Source: an uncultured bacterium | GTDB taxonomy: Bacteria > Oederibacteriota > PGYV01 > CAWJRG01 | Direction: 5' to 3' | Length of the DNA stretch: 64,000 nucleotides | Assembly (NCBI GenBank): GCA_963845185.1 | Contig: CAWJRG010000010.1 | Location: 160,001 to 224,000 of the forward strand | Translations under genes and position numbers: made by a program | Shown here: positions 39,117-49,427 of the stretch, piece by piece | Layout of the letters: every line of letters starts with the position of its first letter | Position numbering within the stretch: the stretch's first letter is position 1 | The notes under the pieces: generated by a model | The model's database searches: none | Seen by the model: the letters and a program-made list of their open reading frames with translations, nothing else | Told to the model about the DNA's origin: nothing

Positions 39117-40934
39117 ATGGACATAAGAAGCAAGGCAATAAGCGACCTTTCTGGCCGCAGCTATTATAACAGGAAACGTTTTGGCGTCATCGCCATCGTG
39201 GTACTGGTAGTAATAGTTCTGGCTTTTGTTTTCTATTTTTCCGGTAAAAATCTTAGGTATTTTTTACTTATAAACAGCGGCATCGGCAATTACGAAAAAG
39301 GAAACCTGACATACGCCATCTCCGACTTTAACAGCGCGCTCAACTTAAAGCCTTCCGGCGCCATCGCACTGGACGGCCTCGGGCTTGTGGCTGTAAAGCA
39401 AAACGACTTTGAGAAAGCTGCGAAATATTATACCGAGGCGCTTTCAGCCGGCTTAAAGCCAAACGCTGTCATAAACCACACCAAGTACGGCAATGTGTAC
39501 ATTGATTCCGGCCTGTACAAGAACGCGCAGGCTGAATTCAACCATGCCTTGGAATTAAACCAGATGGACTCCGAAGCTCTTTTCGGTCTTGGCTGCTGTT
39601 ACCACGCTTACTGCGACATAGACACTGCCATTTCCTACTACACCAAAGCCCTCACCTACAGCCCCAAAATGCAGAAAGCCCAGAAAAACCTTGCCGATGC
39701 CCAGGACGCCAAAAACAAGGGCGCGATTTATTATTTATTTGACGCAAACGGCAGCCCGCTTGCAAGGTATAACCTGATAGCAACCGGCAGCAAAAAAACC
39801 TACGTGCTCGGCCCGAAGGCCGCGCATATCACGGGTTTCGTTGCTTCGGACAGGAACCAGTCCGCGGGCATAGAAAAATATTTCGCCGATTATATTCCCG
39901 GCAACAGAATTTACCTTACCATTGACACCCGCGTGCAGGAAATAATATCAAAGGCTCTCGGCTGGTACAAGGGCAGCATAGTAATAATCAGGCCCCAGAC
40001 AGGCGAGATACTGGGCCTTTACAACCAGCCCACCTTTGACCCGAATACAGTCTCAAAAGACTGGTGGAAAATCGTCGGGAACAAAAACAACCCGTTTTTA
40101 AACAGGGCCATAGACAAGCTGTACGAGCCGGGTTCAATAGCCAAGCTTATGACCATGGCAGGCTTTATAGAATCCAATATTAATGAAACCGGGGTTTTCC
40201 CGGTCAAGTGCAGCGGCTCGACCGTCTTTAACGGCAAGCCTTTCTGGTGCTGGGCAAAGCACGGCAGGGTAAAAAGCATGGAACAGGCCATGGCAGAGTC
40301 ATGCAACATAGGCGCGGCTTTTATGGGTTTTGCCCTTGGCGCCCCGAGGCTGTCGGAATTCTGCAACAAATTCGGCTTTGGCTCAATTTTTGACCTCGGG
40401 ATAAACGACGCGACAAGGAACGTAAAAATATCAATACCCGTAAAGCAAAGCACGTCTCCGTCAAACGATACTACCAGGTACGATATAGCGATGCACGCTT
40501 GCGGCCTCGGCGACCAGTTCAGGATCACTCCCCTGCATTCCGCCATGCTTGCCGCAGCAGTAGCCAACGACGGCGTTATGATGAAGCCTTACCTGATAAA
40601 GGAAATAAGGAATATAAACGGCAAAATAATTTACAAGTCGACTCCCGAGGAATTAAAAAAGGCCATATCCGTAGTAACCGCAAAAAAAATAACCGCGCTT
40701 ATGGTAAACGACATAGAAAAAGGCATAGCCAAAAAAGCAAAAGTAAAGGGCTTGAGCATAGCGGGCAAGACAGGCACGTCGGGCAAGTCAAACGGCCTCA
40801 ATGCCTGGTTCATTGCTTTTGCGCCCGCGGACCTGCCGCAGTACGCAGTGGGGCTCGTGTGCGATTCCGAAGGCAAGGGCATGGTTGTGGCCGCGCCTGT
40901 CGCGGCAGCTATTTTTCAGGAGCTTTTGAAGTAA
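39117..40934 (+). CDS. Penicillin-binding transpeptidase with N-terminal TM anchor and TPR repeats
   Basis: ATG at 39117 after GGAGG. TPR helices, LTID..Q, PGSIAK (SxxK), SCN (SxN) and GKTGT. Confidence 0.88.
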   Translation: MDIRSKAISDLSGRSYYNRKRFGVIAIVVLVVIVLAFVFYFSGKNLRYFLLINSGIGNYEKGNLTYAISDFNSALNLKPSGAIALDGLGLVAVKQNDFEKAAKYYTEALSAGLKPNAVINHTKYGNVYIDSGLYKNAQAEFNHALELNQMDSEALFGLGCCYHAYCDIDTAISYYTKALTYSPKMQKAQKNLADAQDAKNKGAIYYLFDANGSPLARYNLIATGSKKTYVLGPKAAHITGFVASDRNQSAGIEKYFADYIPGNRIYLTIDTRVQEIISKALGWYKGSIVIIRPQTGEILGLYNQPTFDPNTVSKDWWKIVGNKNNPFLNRAIDKLYEPGSIAKLMTMAGFIESNINETGVFPVKCSGSTVFNGKPFWCWAKHGRVKSMEQAMAESCNIGAAFMGFALGAPRLSEFCNKFGFGSIFDLGINDATRNVKISIPVKQSTSPSNDTTRYDIAMHACGLGDQFRITPLHSAMLAAAVANDGVMMKPYLIKEIRNINGKIIYKSTPEELKKAISVVTAKKITALMVNDIEKGIAKKAKVKGLSIAGKTGTSGKSNGLNAWFIAFAPADLPQYAVGLVCDSEGKGMVVAAPVAAAIFQELLK

Positions 40935-40949
40935 CAAATAACCTAACCA

Positions 40950-41948
40950 CTATCTCGTATGGGCTGGCACTAAACCAATTTGATATATATCATATACCCC
41001 TACTCCCCACATTGAGCCATTGCCTATTACAATATCCGTTGATGATGAATTATTTATCTTACATATTTTATTTCCACTTGTAGTAAATATATCTGTATTA
41101 GGGGAATTAATACTTGAAGTATAAGATATATTACTTGTCCATATATAACTTCCATCCCAGGCAATTTCATTTGGATTTCCGTCAGTTGCCCATTTGGTAA
41201 TAAAAGCGCCGTCGGATAATTTATATTTGCTGACTTTTTTGCCAAAAAAATCAGCTTCATAAATATAGGCGCCGTCGCTTGCAACAGCATGATAATCTCC
41301 CGGGTCGGCACTGGCAAAACACGTGACCGCGCCTGTGTCTGCGTTTATTTCAATAAAATCAGTGGTTCTTGCGCCTAAAATGATTTTTTGTCCCTGATAT
41401 ATAGTGCAAGACAGTAGATTTACACTGGCTCCTACAGTAACAGTTAAAGCAATAGCTTCTGTTGTAGTGTTAAATTTATAAACATTGTTTTCTATGCTCA
41501 TGGCAGCAAGCCACAAATAATAACCATCCCATATAATATGATTAAATCCATGAAATGAATTAGGTGTATTTTTACGGAAATTAAAATGATAATTCGCTAC
41601 AACTTTACCTTTTGCTATGCTGAATTTCTGCAAAGTTCCCCATTGATCCGTATCGCCTATCCATACGTAAATTCCATCCGAAGCTACTGATTGAGCCGTT
41701 GCTGAAATATTATTATAAGTATTCAATAGAATCCCCTTTTTACTTATTTTGAACATAGTCGAATCATAATAGTTCGCAATCCAAAAATTATTCCCATCAT
41801 AACTTCCAAAATCTAATCCTTCAGCAGTTCCACTAACGTATGTATCTGAAATAATACTTGGACATATAGGTGTAGGAATTTGATGTCCTAATAATAAGCA
41901 ATTTTGAATTGCAACCGCAATAAGAAATATAAATTTCTTCACTTTCAC
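40950..41948 (-). CDS. Secreted beta-propeller-like hypothetical protein (AT-rich)
   Basis: Probable GTG start near 41948 giving a signal peptide, and repeated (W/S/Y)DG..(I/L)W motifs. The start is uncertain. Confidence 0.6.
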   Translation of the reverse strand: MKVKKFIFLIAVAIQNCLLLGHQIPTPICPSIISDTYVSGTAEGLDFGSYDGNNFWIANYYDSTMFKISKKGILLNTYNNISATAQSVASDGIYVWIGDTDQWGTLQKFSIAKGKVVANYHFNFRKNTPNSFHGFNHIIWDGYYLWLAAMSIENNVYKFNTTTEAIALTVTVGASVNLLSCTIYQGQKIILGARTTDFIEINADTGAVTCFASADPGDYHAVASDGAYIYEADFFGKKVSKYKLSDGAFITKWATDGNPNEIAWDGSYIWTSNISYTSSINSPNTDIFTTSGNKICKINNSSSTDIVIGNGSMWGVGVYDIYQIGLVPAHTR

Positions 41949-42049
41949 CGCTTTTCCATGCCAAAGTTTATCCCCTCTCGTCTTTACCTTTATCTTCAAA
42001 CTTAGCAGAGGATGTTGTATATTAATATATATATAATTTATCGACATCC

Positions 42050-43369
42050 TCAGACAAAATATTTTACACCGCAGTACTGTATATACATGGAAAGGAGTAA
42101 TAGCACTAAGGCCACCGCATAAAAATACCAGTTCCTCCATATCCTCAACAAGAAGAGCATGAAGGCCAGGACCATAAGTTGAAAATCAAGGCTATAACGT
42201 GAGGCAAACTGCGCCCATCCATTGTTCATTACCATAAATATTGTTATCGCTGTCCCCGCCCCGGAAATTGCTGCGCCAGCCATTACCGTTATATCAGCCT
42301 GGTTTAACGGGCCCTTAATTTTCGCTTTTTTTGTCAGGATACATTTCGCTCCTGCCCAAAAATAGTACGCGGCAGGTATAACAAGGAAGAAAAGGGGCGA
42401 TGCCCATAGGAAACCGAAACCCTTATCATCGAAAAGAAAAAATGGAAACTTCGAACTCACGGTTATAGGCTGTATTACCTCAGTATAAAAATTATATGGT
42501 ATATAAAAAATCGACATATAGCCGTGCTTAACAAAATTTTGCCGCAAATTTGCGGCCATATTATGGTAATTCAGGCCATTGTCAAATATTCTTCCGTCAA
42601 ATCTGGCCGCATTATATGCCATATTCAGCGTCGAAAAGCATATAAAAGGCAGGGCAAGCATAAGTGCGTCCTTAATAGCATATTTTTTCCACTCTTTACC
42701 ACGGTTTTTTATATGGATAGCCGCCAAAAAAAAAGCTGAAAAAACAAGGTCGTTCCTTGTATATATAGCCGCAGAATAAAATAACGACGATAATAAAAGA
42801 ATTGCCGGCGACGTTCCGGAAAGCATAAACAGAATGGATATAAGCAAGAAAGTCTGAGCCATAATCTGGGCGATGAACCAGACTGAGCCAATCATAGACA
42901 TGTAAAAATGCACTGTACCAAAAGCCCAAAATACAGTGAGAAAAAGGATTTCCCCCTGTTTAAGTTTCAGTGCGTACCTTTTTGAAAACAGGAAAAAAAA
43001 CATTGTTATAAGGATGGTGTTCAAAGTCCCAAATAAGGCTGCTATCAGATTATCCTGTGTATCATTGCCGCCGGTGGTAAATGCCATGTAAACTATCGCC
43101 GGTACTGGCGGCCAGCAAAGGTAATATTTTCCCTTGTAAATGGCCAAGTCCTGGATGGTCTTTCCCCCAGCCCTGTCTATATCTAGCCTTCCCTGTTTGA
43201 AAGAAACAGCCATGTTTTTGAAATAATTATTTTCCATACCGCCAGTCCGAAGCTTCCCATATACAAAAAGTCCCGAATAAAAGTGCCAAACCACCACAGA
43301 CAATATTATTATAGTTATAATCAATGTGTAGTTTGCGTCATTCCCTTTTTTATCAACTTTATACATCAT
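42050..43369 (-). CDS. Multi-pass membrane protein, GT-C-like
   Basis: A.SF..GRLD, DL..Y.GKYY..WPP.PA, YN.ARF and GW.QF..RY.LD motifs in a hydrophobic protein. Confidence 0.6.
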   Translation of the reverse strand: MMYKVDKKGNDANYTLIITIIILSVVVWHFYSGLFVYGKLRTGGMENNYFKNMAVSFKQGRLDIDRAGGKTIQDLAIYKGKYYLCWPPVPAIVYMAFTTGGNDTQDNLIAALFGTLNTILITMFFFLFSKRYALKLKQGEILFLTVFWAFGTVHFYMSMIGSVWFIAQIMAQTFLLISILFMLSGTSPAILLLSSLFYSAAIYTRNDLVFSAFFLAAIHIKNRGKEWKKYAIKDALMLALPFICFSTLNMAYNAARFDGRIFDNGLNYHNMAANLRQNFVKHGYMSIFYIPYNFYTEVIQPITVSSKFPFFLFDDKGFGFLWASPLFFLVIPAAYYFWAGAKCILTKKAKIKGPLNQADITVMAGAAISGAGTAITIFMVMNNGWAQFASRYSLDFQLMVLAFMLFLLRIWRNWYFYAVALVLLLLSMYIQYCGVKYFV

Positions 43370-43433
43370 TGAATTTTCCTTTTAAATGCAGATTTTCTTA
43401 CTTACGGTCCCACTTTTTATCCATAAATACAAA

Positions 43434-45704
43434 TTAATTCTGTATCAATCCATAAGCCGGCACTATTTCCAGCTCGTTCTGCCCCGGTTTTACCCAGAAA
43501 AATTGAATCTTGTTGCTGTTTAACGGCCTGTAACTTAAAGTTATCTTGTGGATACCCTTCTCAAGCTCGGTCTTCGCAATATTCTGAAGTTTATTTCCTT
43601 CGGACTCAAGCACGTTTTTTCCGTCTATTTCAACCTTAAAATAATCATCACTCCTGATTCGTATTGAATATTCACCCTGCACATCTGCCGCCACTATCCC
43701 ATGCCATATTATTGCCTTTACCTGTCCTTCCGGAAAACTCTTAAGTGACCCGCTGTAAAATATAATCGGGTCAAAACCGCTAAGTATTGGCTTGCCGGTA
43801 CAGGAAATATCGCTATAATAATCCACGGTAAATCCTGAAGTCTTTTTCAAATTATTATATCGCACTGCTTCCGAATAAGGCACTTCATAGGAAAAAAATA
43901 AAAGGTTTCCAGTTTGCCCGTAAAATGGCTTGTAAATCCCGTTTGGATACATTTTTTTCATAACCGGCACTAACGGCTCATAATCAGGCGTAATAATATA
44001 TACGGTATTTTTTCCGTCGTTTGATTCTGCTGGAAAATTCACTCCCGGCACAAATGCTCCGTACTGTATTTTTTTGTCTTCAAGCATTATTGCATCAATT
44101 TCCACCCATTGAAAATATTGCGAAGTGTGGTCAAGATAATCCTGAGGAAATACGCCGCGCCACTGATTCCCGAGCTTCAGTAAATAATTGGCGGATTTGT
44201 ATTCAGCCATGTCAAATGACACGTCCGCAATTATGTTTTTAAAATGCTTGTTAAACATATTGTTGTAATTTTGCAGGCATGCGGCGGCAAGGAGTAGCAC
44301 AAAAACCATTATGAAAAAATCTCTAATATCTTTGCCATATTGTTCCCGCAAATGGGAATACGCCCTGCTTACGAACACAACGCTGAAAATCACCGAAAAA
44401 GGCAAAGATAGTATTGAGCGCGGTGCGTGCGGTGCGTCCATAAAGAAAGCAGCTGAGAACATAAAAACAAAGAACATCGAAAGCGTGATCAGCGAAAATG
44501 GTGACATGGCAAGCGCCCTGTAAATAAGATACCCGAACCCTAGTACCGCAAAAATCCCTGTAAAAAAATCAATCATTGGCATGCCCGGCACATTATAAAT
44601 TATGTTCATGTCACCTTTTTGATTGAACATAAGCCATTGCCTGCCGCAACTTTCCAGATATACCTGCAGTTCTGATTTTTTACGATTTTCCGACAGCACA
44701 TCGAAATTTGGCCCATAGTAAATGTGCAAAATTTTTGCCCTCGCAATATAGTCCGAAAAATTATGCAACACATAATTCGCCAAAGGCAACAGTGTTATTA
44801 TACAAATCGCAACGGCCGCAATAAATTTCCAGACATTTTTCCGGTAATAATCATGATCCCTGACAAATATTAAAAGGCCTGTTGCAAGCACAGCAAAAGG
44901 TATGGATTTTGCGGCATTATAAGTATACTGGCACAGGCCGAAAACCAAGCCGAACATTAAAAAATCAAATAATTTTTTTCCCCTGTAAATCCTATATAAA
45001 TAATACATCAATAAAAATAGAAAAAGTGTTGAAAAACCGACACAATAAACGAATCGGCTGAAAGTCGCGTGGTATCTCATAAAGGCCATGAGAAATCCTC
45101 CAACGACTGCCATTTCTGGGCCGAACAAATACCTTATTAAAAAATAAAAGGCAATTACCGCGAGAGTACACATGAACGCCGTGGAAATCCTTGCCTGAGT
45201 GATTCCAGGCCCGATAATCCTGAATATAAAACCGTTAATGTATGAATAAACAGCCGGATTTTCCCAAAGGAAACCATTAATAAAAACTGGCAGTTTTGAA
45301 TTTCCTCCTACAGGCTGCTGTCCGTGCGACAAAGCATAAGCATCCATAACCGCCTCGCCCTCGTCCCTATTCATCCCTGGCGGTGCTGTATCAATGGAAT
45401 AGAACCTGAAAAAAATGCAGACTGCCATTATCAGGATAAAGAAAAATATTTCCGTTTTCCTTTTCATCCCCTGCTCATCGGCCTTGTTTTTTATTTTGGG
45501 GTTGTCATAAATATCCCATTTGTTCTTTGCTGAAATATCGGCTACGACAAATATAACGATTGCAATAAAAAATAAAATTATTCCAGGCATAGTTTTTTTT
45601 AGGCCATACATCTGAAATTGTCCCAAAAAAGCAATAATTAAAGAAATAAAAGTCAACCTGAAAGGTCCTGCCTGTTTTATGACTTTTGCGACAATTTCTT
45701 TCAA
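43434..45704 (-). CDS. GT39/PMT-like glycosyltransferase with C-terminal PA14 domain
   Basis: FRFY.....PPG...DE loop, P.VYSY and R motifs. The C-terminus has G.Y.I..RSDD...V.IDG...L.KG.H.I.L.Y (PA14). Confidence 0.8.
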   Translation of the reverse strand: MKEIVAKVIKQAGPFRLTFISLIIAFLGQFQMYGLKKTMPGIILFFIAIVIFVVADISAKNKWDIYDNPKIKNKADEQGMKRKTEIFFFILIMAVCIFFRFYSIDTAPPGMNRDEGEAVMDAYALSHGQQPVGGNSKLPVFINGFLWENPAVYSYINGFIFRIIGPGITQARISTAFMCTLAVIAFYFLIRYLFGPEMAVVGGFLMAFMRYHATFSRFVYCVGFSTLFLFLLMYYLYRIYRGKKLFDFLMFGLVFGLCQYTYNAAKSIPFAVLATGLLIFVRDHDYYRKNVWKFIAAVAICIITLLPLANYVLHNFSDYIARAKILHIYYGPNFDVLSENRKKSELQVYLESCGRQWLMFNQKGDMNIIYNVPGMPMIDFFTGIFAVLGFGYLIYRALAMSPFSLITLSMFFVFMFSAAFFMDAPHAPRSILSLPFSVIFSVVFVSRAYSHLREQYGKDIRDFFIMVFVLLLAAACLQNYNNMFNKHFKNIIADVSFDMAEYKSANYLLKLGNQWRGVFPQDYLDHTSQYFQWVEIDAIMLEDKKIQYGAFVPGVNFPAESNDGKNTVYIITPDYEPLVPVMKKMYPNGIYKPFYGQTGNLLFFSYEVPYSEAVRYNNLKKTSGFTVDYYSDISCTGKPILSGFDPIIFYSGSLKSFPEGQVKAIIWHGIVAADVQGEYSIRIRSDDYFKVEIDGKNVLESEGNKLQNIAKTELEKGIHKITLSYRPLNSNKIQFFWVKPGQNELEIVPAYGLIQN

Positions 45705-45862
45705 ATCAATTTACCCCGCTTGTATTAGCCTAATATCCGTCATATCAAAACCAACTGACCTATTTGATCATTAATTGTACTCCCAAAAATATTTAAATCA
45801 AGAAAAATGGTTTTAAAGGTATATTATCCCCCCATTTTATAATTTTAAAACATCCCCCATAA

Positions 45863-48800
45863 TTACTTTAGTATAATAAACTTCCCTACCGCAGGCTTTT
45901 CTGCCTTGCCCTGGTTGTCTGTTATGATTACATAATAATAAGTCCCGCTGCTTAAACCCTCAAGTTGCGTCGCGTCGCATCTTACATAGCCCTGCAGAAT
46001 AATCTGCTGCATTTGGGCCTCTTCGAAAACATATTGCCTTACCAGCCTGAACGATATCGTATATATTTTTACCGTTACCTTGTCTGTTCCCACAGGGAAA
46101 TTATAGCTTATTATAAAATCAGATATTTTCTTCGGATTTATCGGGTTGGGATAAAGTTTTATACTGTTCTGCGAAGGTGTTGCAGTTGCAGTTAACGTAG
46201 CACTTACCACGGTCCACGTAGCACTCGCCGTAGGCGTACTTGTGACAGTCAGGACCTGAGGCGTCCGGCTGGATGTCGCTGTTACAGTTAATGTTAACGC
46301 GGCACTTGGCACGGTGCACGTAGCACTCACAGAAGATGTGACCGTTTCTGTTGACGTTGAACTGGGTGTTATGGTGCACGTCACACTTGCTGTTGATGTT
46401 GCAGTTGACGTAGCACTTGCAGTAACAGTGAGCGTAGTCGAAGCTGTAGCAGTTGCCGTGCTTGTCGGCGTTATGGTCCACGACAGTATTATATTCGTTG
46501 ATGTAACGGTTATGGTGCATGTCGGCGTTGCCGAGACGACAGGCGTGCTTGTCTGGGTATCTGTATAAGTAAGAGTGGGGTTTGGGGTAAAACTGGGGGT
46601 CGGGGTCAGGGTTGCTGTTTTGGACACCGTAGCTGTATTTGTTTGCGAAGGTGTCAGCGTAGGCGAAGGAGACAGTGTATTTGTTTTCGAAGGCGTCAAA
46701 GTCGGGCTCATGACCCGGGTCGCTGTAATTGATGCCGTCGGTGTTGCGCAGTGTCGCGTAAACATGACGTCGTCAATGTATATGTCCTGGGTAACGTCTT
46801 GCAGGCCCGAAATGTAAAAGGTGATTTCGTTTACTTCAGTCATATTTATGCCTGTGAATACCGACAAAGGTATGTCAACTTTCTGCCATGTTGTTGTGAT
46901 TCCGCCCGGCAGATAAGTGTCCACTGCAGGAACCTGCATCGGGCTGCCAACGCCCGTGGAATCTGTCAGCTCCACGAACATGTAATTCATGTTCCCCGAG
47001 GTTGTCCTTACCCAGAATTCCAGCGTGTCATAAGCGCTCAGGTTATAGTTGCCTATGCCCGACCAGCCAAAATCAAACAGTCCCCACCAATTTGTAAAAT
47101 TAAAGGTCAGGTCAAGCCCTTTTGTCCCGTTGTGGGCAGCTGCAGCGGTTTCCGTGGCTGATGTGCCTGCATAGTACCAGGTCCAGCCATTGGACAGGTT
47201 TACATTGCCTGACCCTGTCTCGCCGTTATACGCCACAATGCTGGCACAGGCAGTAGGCGCTGTTGTAGGGCTGAAAGTTGCCGTTGGTATTGGCGTATTT
47301 GTAGGCGTAAATGTCGGCGTGCTGCCGTTTGGCACAAAATCAAATACAGTTATCGAATACGATGGGAAGTTGTAGGAAAAGCTTGTGCCTGCAGAGCTGA
47401 ATACGGCCTGAGTGGGCGGAGTGTTCGGCGATGCATGGTATGGCTGTGCAGTCGTGGTGAGCCACTGGTAATTTAGCGAGTTGTATGAATACGTGTTTGC
47501 CGATGCCTGCGGAGTGAATCCTGCGACCTGCACTGTCGTGGTATAGGCATTGTTCGGGTCCTTATTTACCACAATCAGCGACAGATGTCCGTCAGGCCTC
47601 ATGTCAGCGTAACCGACAAGGGGGCTTGCCGTGCTTGTGCAATAAACCATTGTGTGGCTGCGTGAGTCGTTTGCTATTGCCCAGTCAACTGAAATCATCT
47701 GCATTCCGTAGTAACTGGCATACGGCAGGTACTGGTAAGGGCCCGGCGAGTTGTCAAACATTCCCAGGTTGCCGCAGGTTGAGCAGTACATTGGCGAGCC
47801 TGTCTGGTTGCCTCCGCCGACAACCGTGAACTGGTTTGCCCATGCCCTGGGGCCCAGGTAATTTATGTACTGGCCCAGCCAGTCAACAAAGAACAGTGCG
47901 TTGGCAAGCCTTACCGTTATATTTGAACCGCTTGAATCCGAGTTGTATTCCGACATCACCACAGGCAATGAAGATGCATTCGGTATTCCTGTCGTGCCTG
48001 AATTTATCGCTGCTGTGCTCGCGCCCCATGTAGACGATGCGGCCAGGGCGCCGGCTTCAGTGCCGTCGCCCGGGTACATATGGATGCTGACGCCTCCAAG
48101 CGCGGCACCCATGCCTCCCGATATGAGCCTCTGTGAAAAATCCTGGATATAAGTATCTGTGTTCAGGTTGTTGGCTGAGCTTGTCGGCCCGTAAACGGGC
48201 CCCAAAAGCTTTACGTTTGGGTCCACTGCAATCATGGCATTGTAGTATTCTATGAACCTGCGTCCGTAATCAGTGGCGCTGAGTGGCCCGCCGATTTCCC
48301 AGTTCCCGCCCAGCTCGTTGCCGATTTCCCAGTATTTGATGTTGTATTGCTTCACTATGTTTGCGTAATGCACCCATGCAGCTGCTTCCTGCGGCGAGCC
48401 TGTGCCGAAATTAAGAATGATAATGGGCTGGGCCGGCGGGTTAAACGAGCGGCAAAAAGACATGAATTCCTCAAAATCCATGTTTATTGGCGATGCCCAT
48501 GCGCTGGCAGGAACTGTGCTCGAGACCGTGGCGCCTGTAGAGCCCAGAGTTATCTGCGTGGTGCCGTTAAAGAGCTTCATTTCTGCCACGGAATACGCGC
48601 CGCCCGCGCCTGCAGAACTTGAAAGCATGAGAATGCGTATGTAATCTGATGTCACAGAATTAAAATTTACTGTCTGCGCCCCGCCTGTGCCCGCGACGGT
48701 CCCTGCCGAGGTATCAGCCCACTGGTTTGACGTTGCCTCCCATGGATAAGGCCAGGAATATCCTGTCCAGTACTGCACTTTAAATGATGTTGCATAAGGC

Positions 48801-49369
48801 GTGCCCCACCATATCTGGACCTGGTTGACAGCGGCTCCGCCTGTATCCAGGTAAACCCATTGGGCATTGGGAAAGTCTGTGTCTGCGTTTGATGCCCAGG
48901 CTGTAGCCGTATTGCCGTCGGTTATGAGCGACGTGCCTGAAGCCGAGGTGCCGTTGTTTAACGGGGCGGCTATGAATCCGGGGCTGTAATTGGTATTGTC
49001 CGGGACCCAGACGCCGTTGTTATATGACCCTGTGCCGTTCCAGTGGAACCTGTCCCCGTCTGAACCGCCCGGATACCTGTAAAAATTTATGCCTGCCGAC
49101 TTGAGGCTGGGCTGCACTGCCAGATAATCAGCCTCAAAGTTATCCCATGCGGTGTTCGAACCAAATACCTGGGATGGGACAAAAGTATTGACCGTTGTCC
49201 CGGCATTGATGCTGAGCGTAGCAGTGGCTGCGGAAAGGGTGAATGGTATGAGAATTAAAAGGAAAAGGATGCCCAGTCTCAAGTTTTGGGTACCGGGTCC
49301 GGAGTAATTATTTACCCGGGGTTTGGTTGTCAAAACTTTGCACTCACGGGTGCGCCGGCTGGCCATCAT
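45863..49369 (-). CDS. Secreted clan-A glycoside hydrolase (GH44/51/79-like) with inserted discoidin/CBM32-like domain, galactose-binding CBM, Thr tract and CTD
   Basis: YRYPGGS, YWEIGNE (acid/base) and VMSEYN (nucleophile) motifs; TDGN..T.W.S...QW.Y.D.G discoidin; YPNP...GTYYYVI CTD. Start placed at ATG 49369 after GGAGG. Confidence 0.8.
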   Translation of the reverse strand: MMASRRTRECKVLTTKPRVNNYSGPGTQNLRLGILFLLILIPFTLSAATATLSINAGTTVNTFVPSQVFGSNTAWDNFEADYLAVQPSLKSAGINFYRYPGGSDGDRFHWNGTGSYNNGVWVPDNTNYSPGFIAAPLNNGTSASGTSLITDGNTATAWASNADTDFPNAQWVYLDTGGAAVNQVQIWWGTPYATSFKVQYWTGYSWPYPWEATSNQWADTSAGTVAGTGGAQTVNFNSVTSDYIRILMLSSSAGAGGAYSVAEMKLFNGTTQITLGSTGATVSSTVPASAWASPINMDFEEFMSFCRSFNPPAQPIIILNFGTGSPQEAAAWVHYANIVKQYNIKYWEIGNELGGNWEIGGPLSATDYGRRFIEYYNAMIAVDPNVKLLGPVYGPTSSANNLNTDTYIQDFSQRLISGGMGAALGGVSIHMYPGDGTEAGALAASSTWGASTAAINSGTTGIPNASSLPVVMSEYNSDSSGSNITVRLANALFFVDWLGQYINYLGPRAWANQFTVVGGGNQTGSPMYCSTCGNLGMFDNSPGPYQYLPYASYYGMQMISVDWAIANDSRSHTMVYCTSTASPLVGYADMRPDGHLSLIVVNKDPNNAYTTTVQVAGFTPQASANTYSYNSLNYQWLTTTAQPYHASPNTPPTQAVFSSAGTSFSYNFPSYSITVFDFVPNGSTPTFTPTNTPIPTATFSPTTAPTACASIVAYNGETGSGNVNLSNGWTWYYAGTSATETAAAAHNGTKGLDLTFNFTNWWGLFDFGWSGIGNYNLSAYDTLEFWVRTTSGNMNYMFVELTDSTGVGSPMQVPAVDTYLPGGITTTWQKVDIPLSVFTGINMTEVNEITFYISGLQDVTQDIYIDDVMFTRHCATPTASITATRVMSPTLTPSKTNTLSPSPTLTPSQTNTATVSKTATLTPTPSFTPNPTLTYTDTQTSTPVVSATPTCTITVTSTNIILSWTITPTSTATATASTTLTVTASATSTATSTASVTCTITPSSTSTETVTSSVSATCTVPSAALTLTVTATSSRTPQVLTVTSTPTASATWTVVSATLTATATPSQNSIKLYPNPINPKKISDFIISYNFPVGTDKVTVKIYTISFRLVRQYVFEEAQMQQIILQGYVRCDATQLEGLSSGTYYYVIITDNQGKAEKPAVGKFIILK

Positions 49370-49427
49370 AATACTTTCCTCCATAGTTTTTTCAAGCTCC
49401 CTCTTCCCCTCTGCCAATAATGCCGTT

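Noticed and set aside
41949..42140. N-terminal 64 aa of ORF 40950-42140
   Set aside because: Overlaps the upstream gene and precedes a plausible signal peptide, so the true start is likely near 41948.
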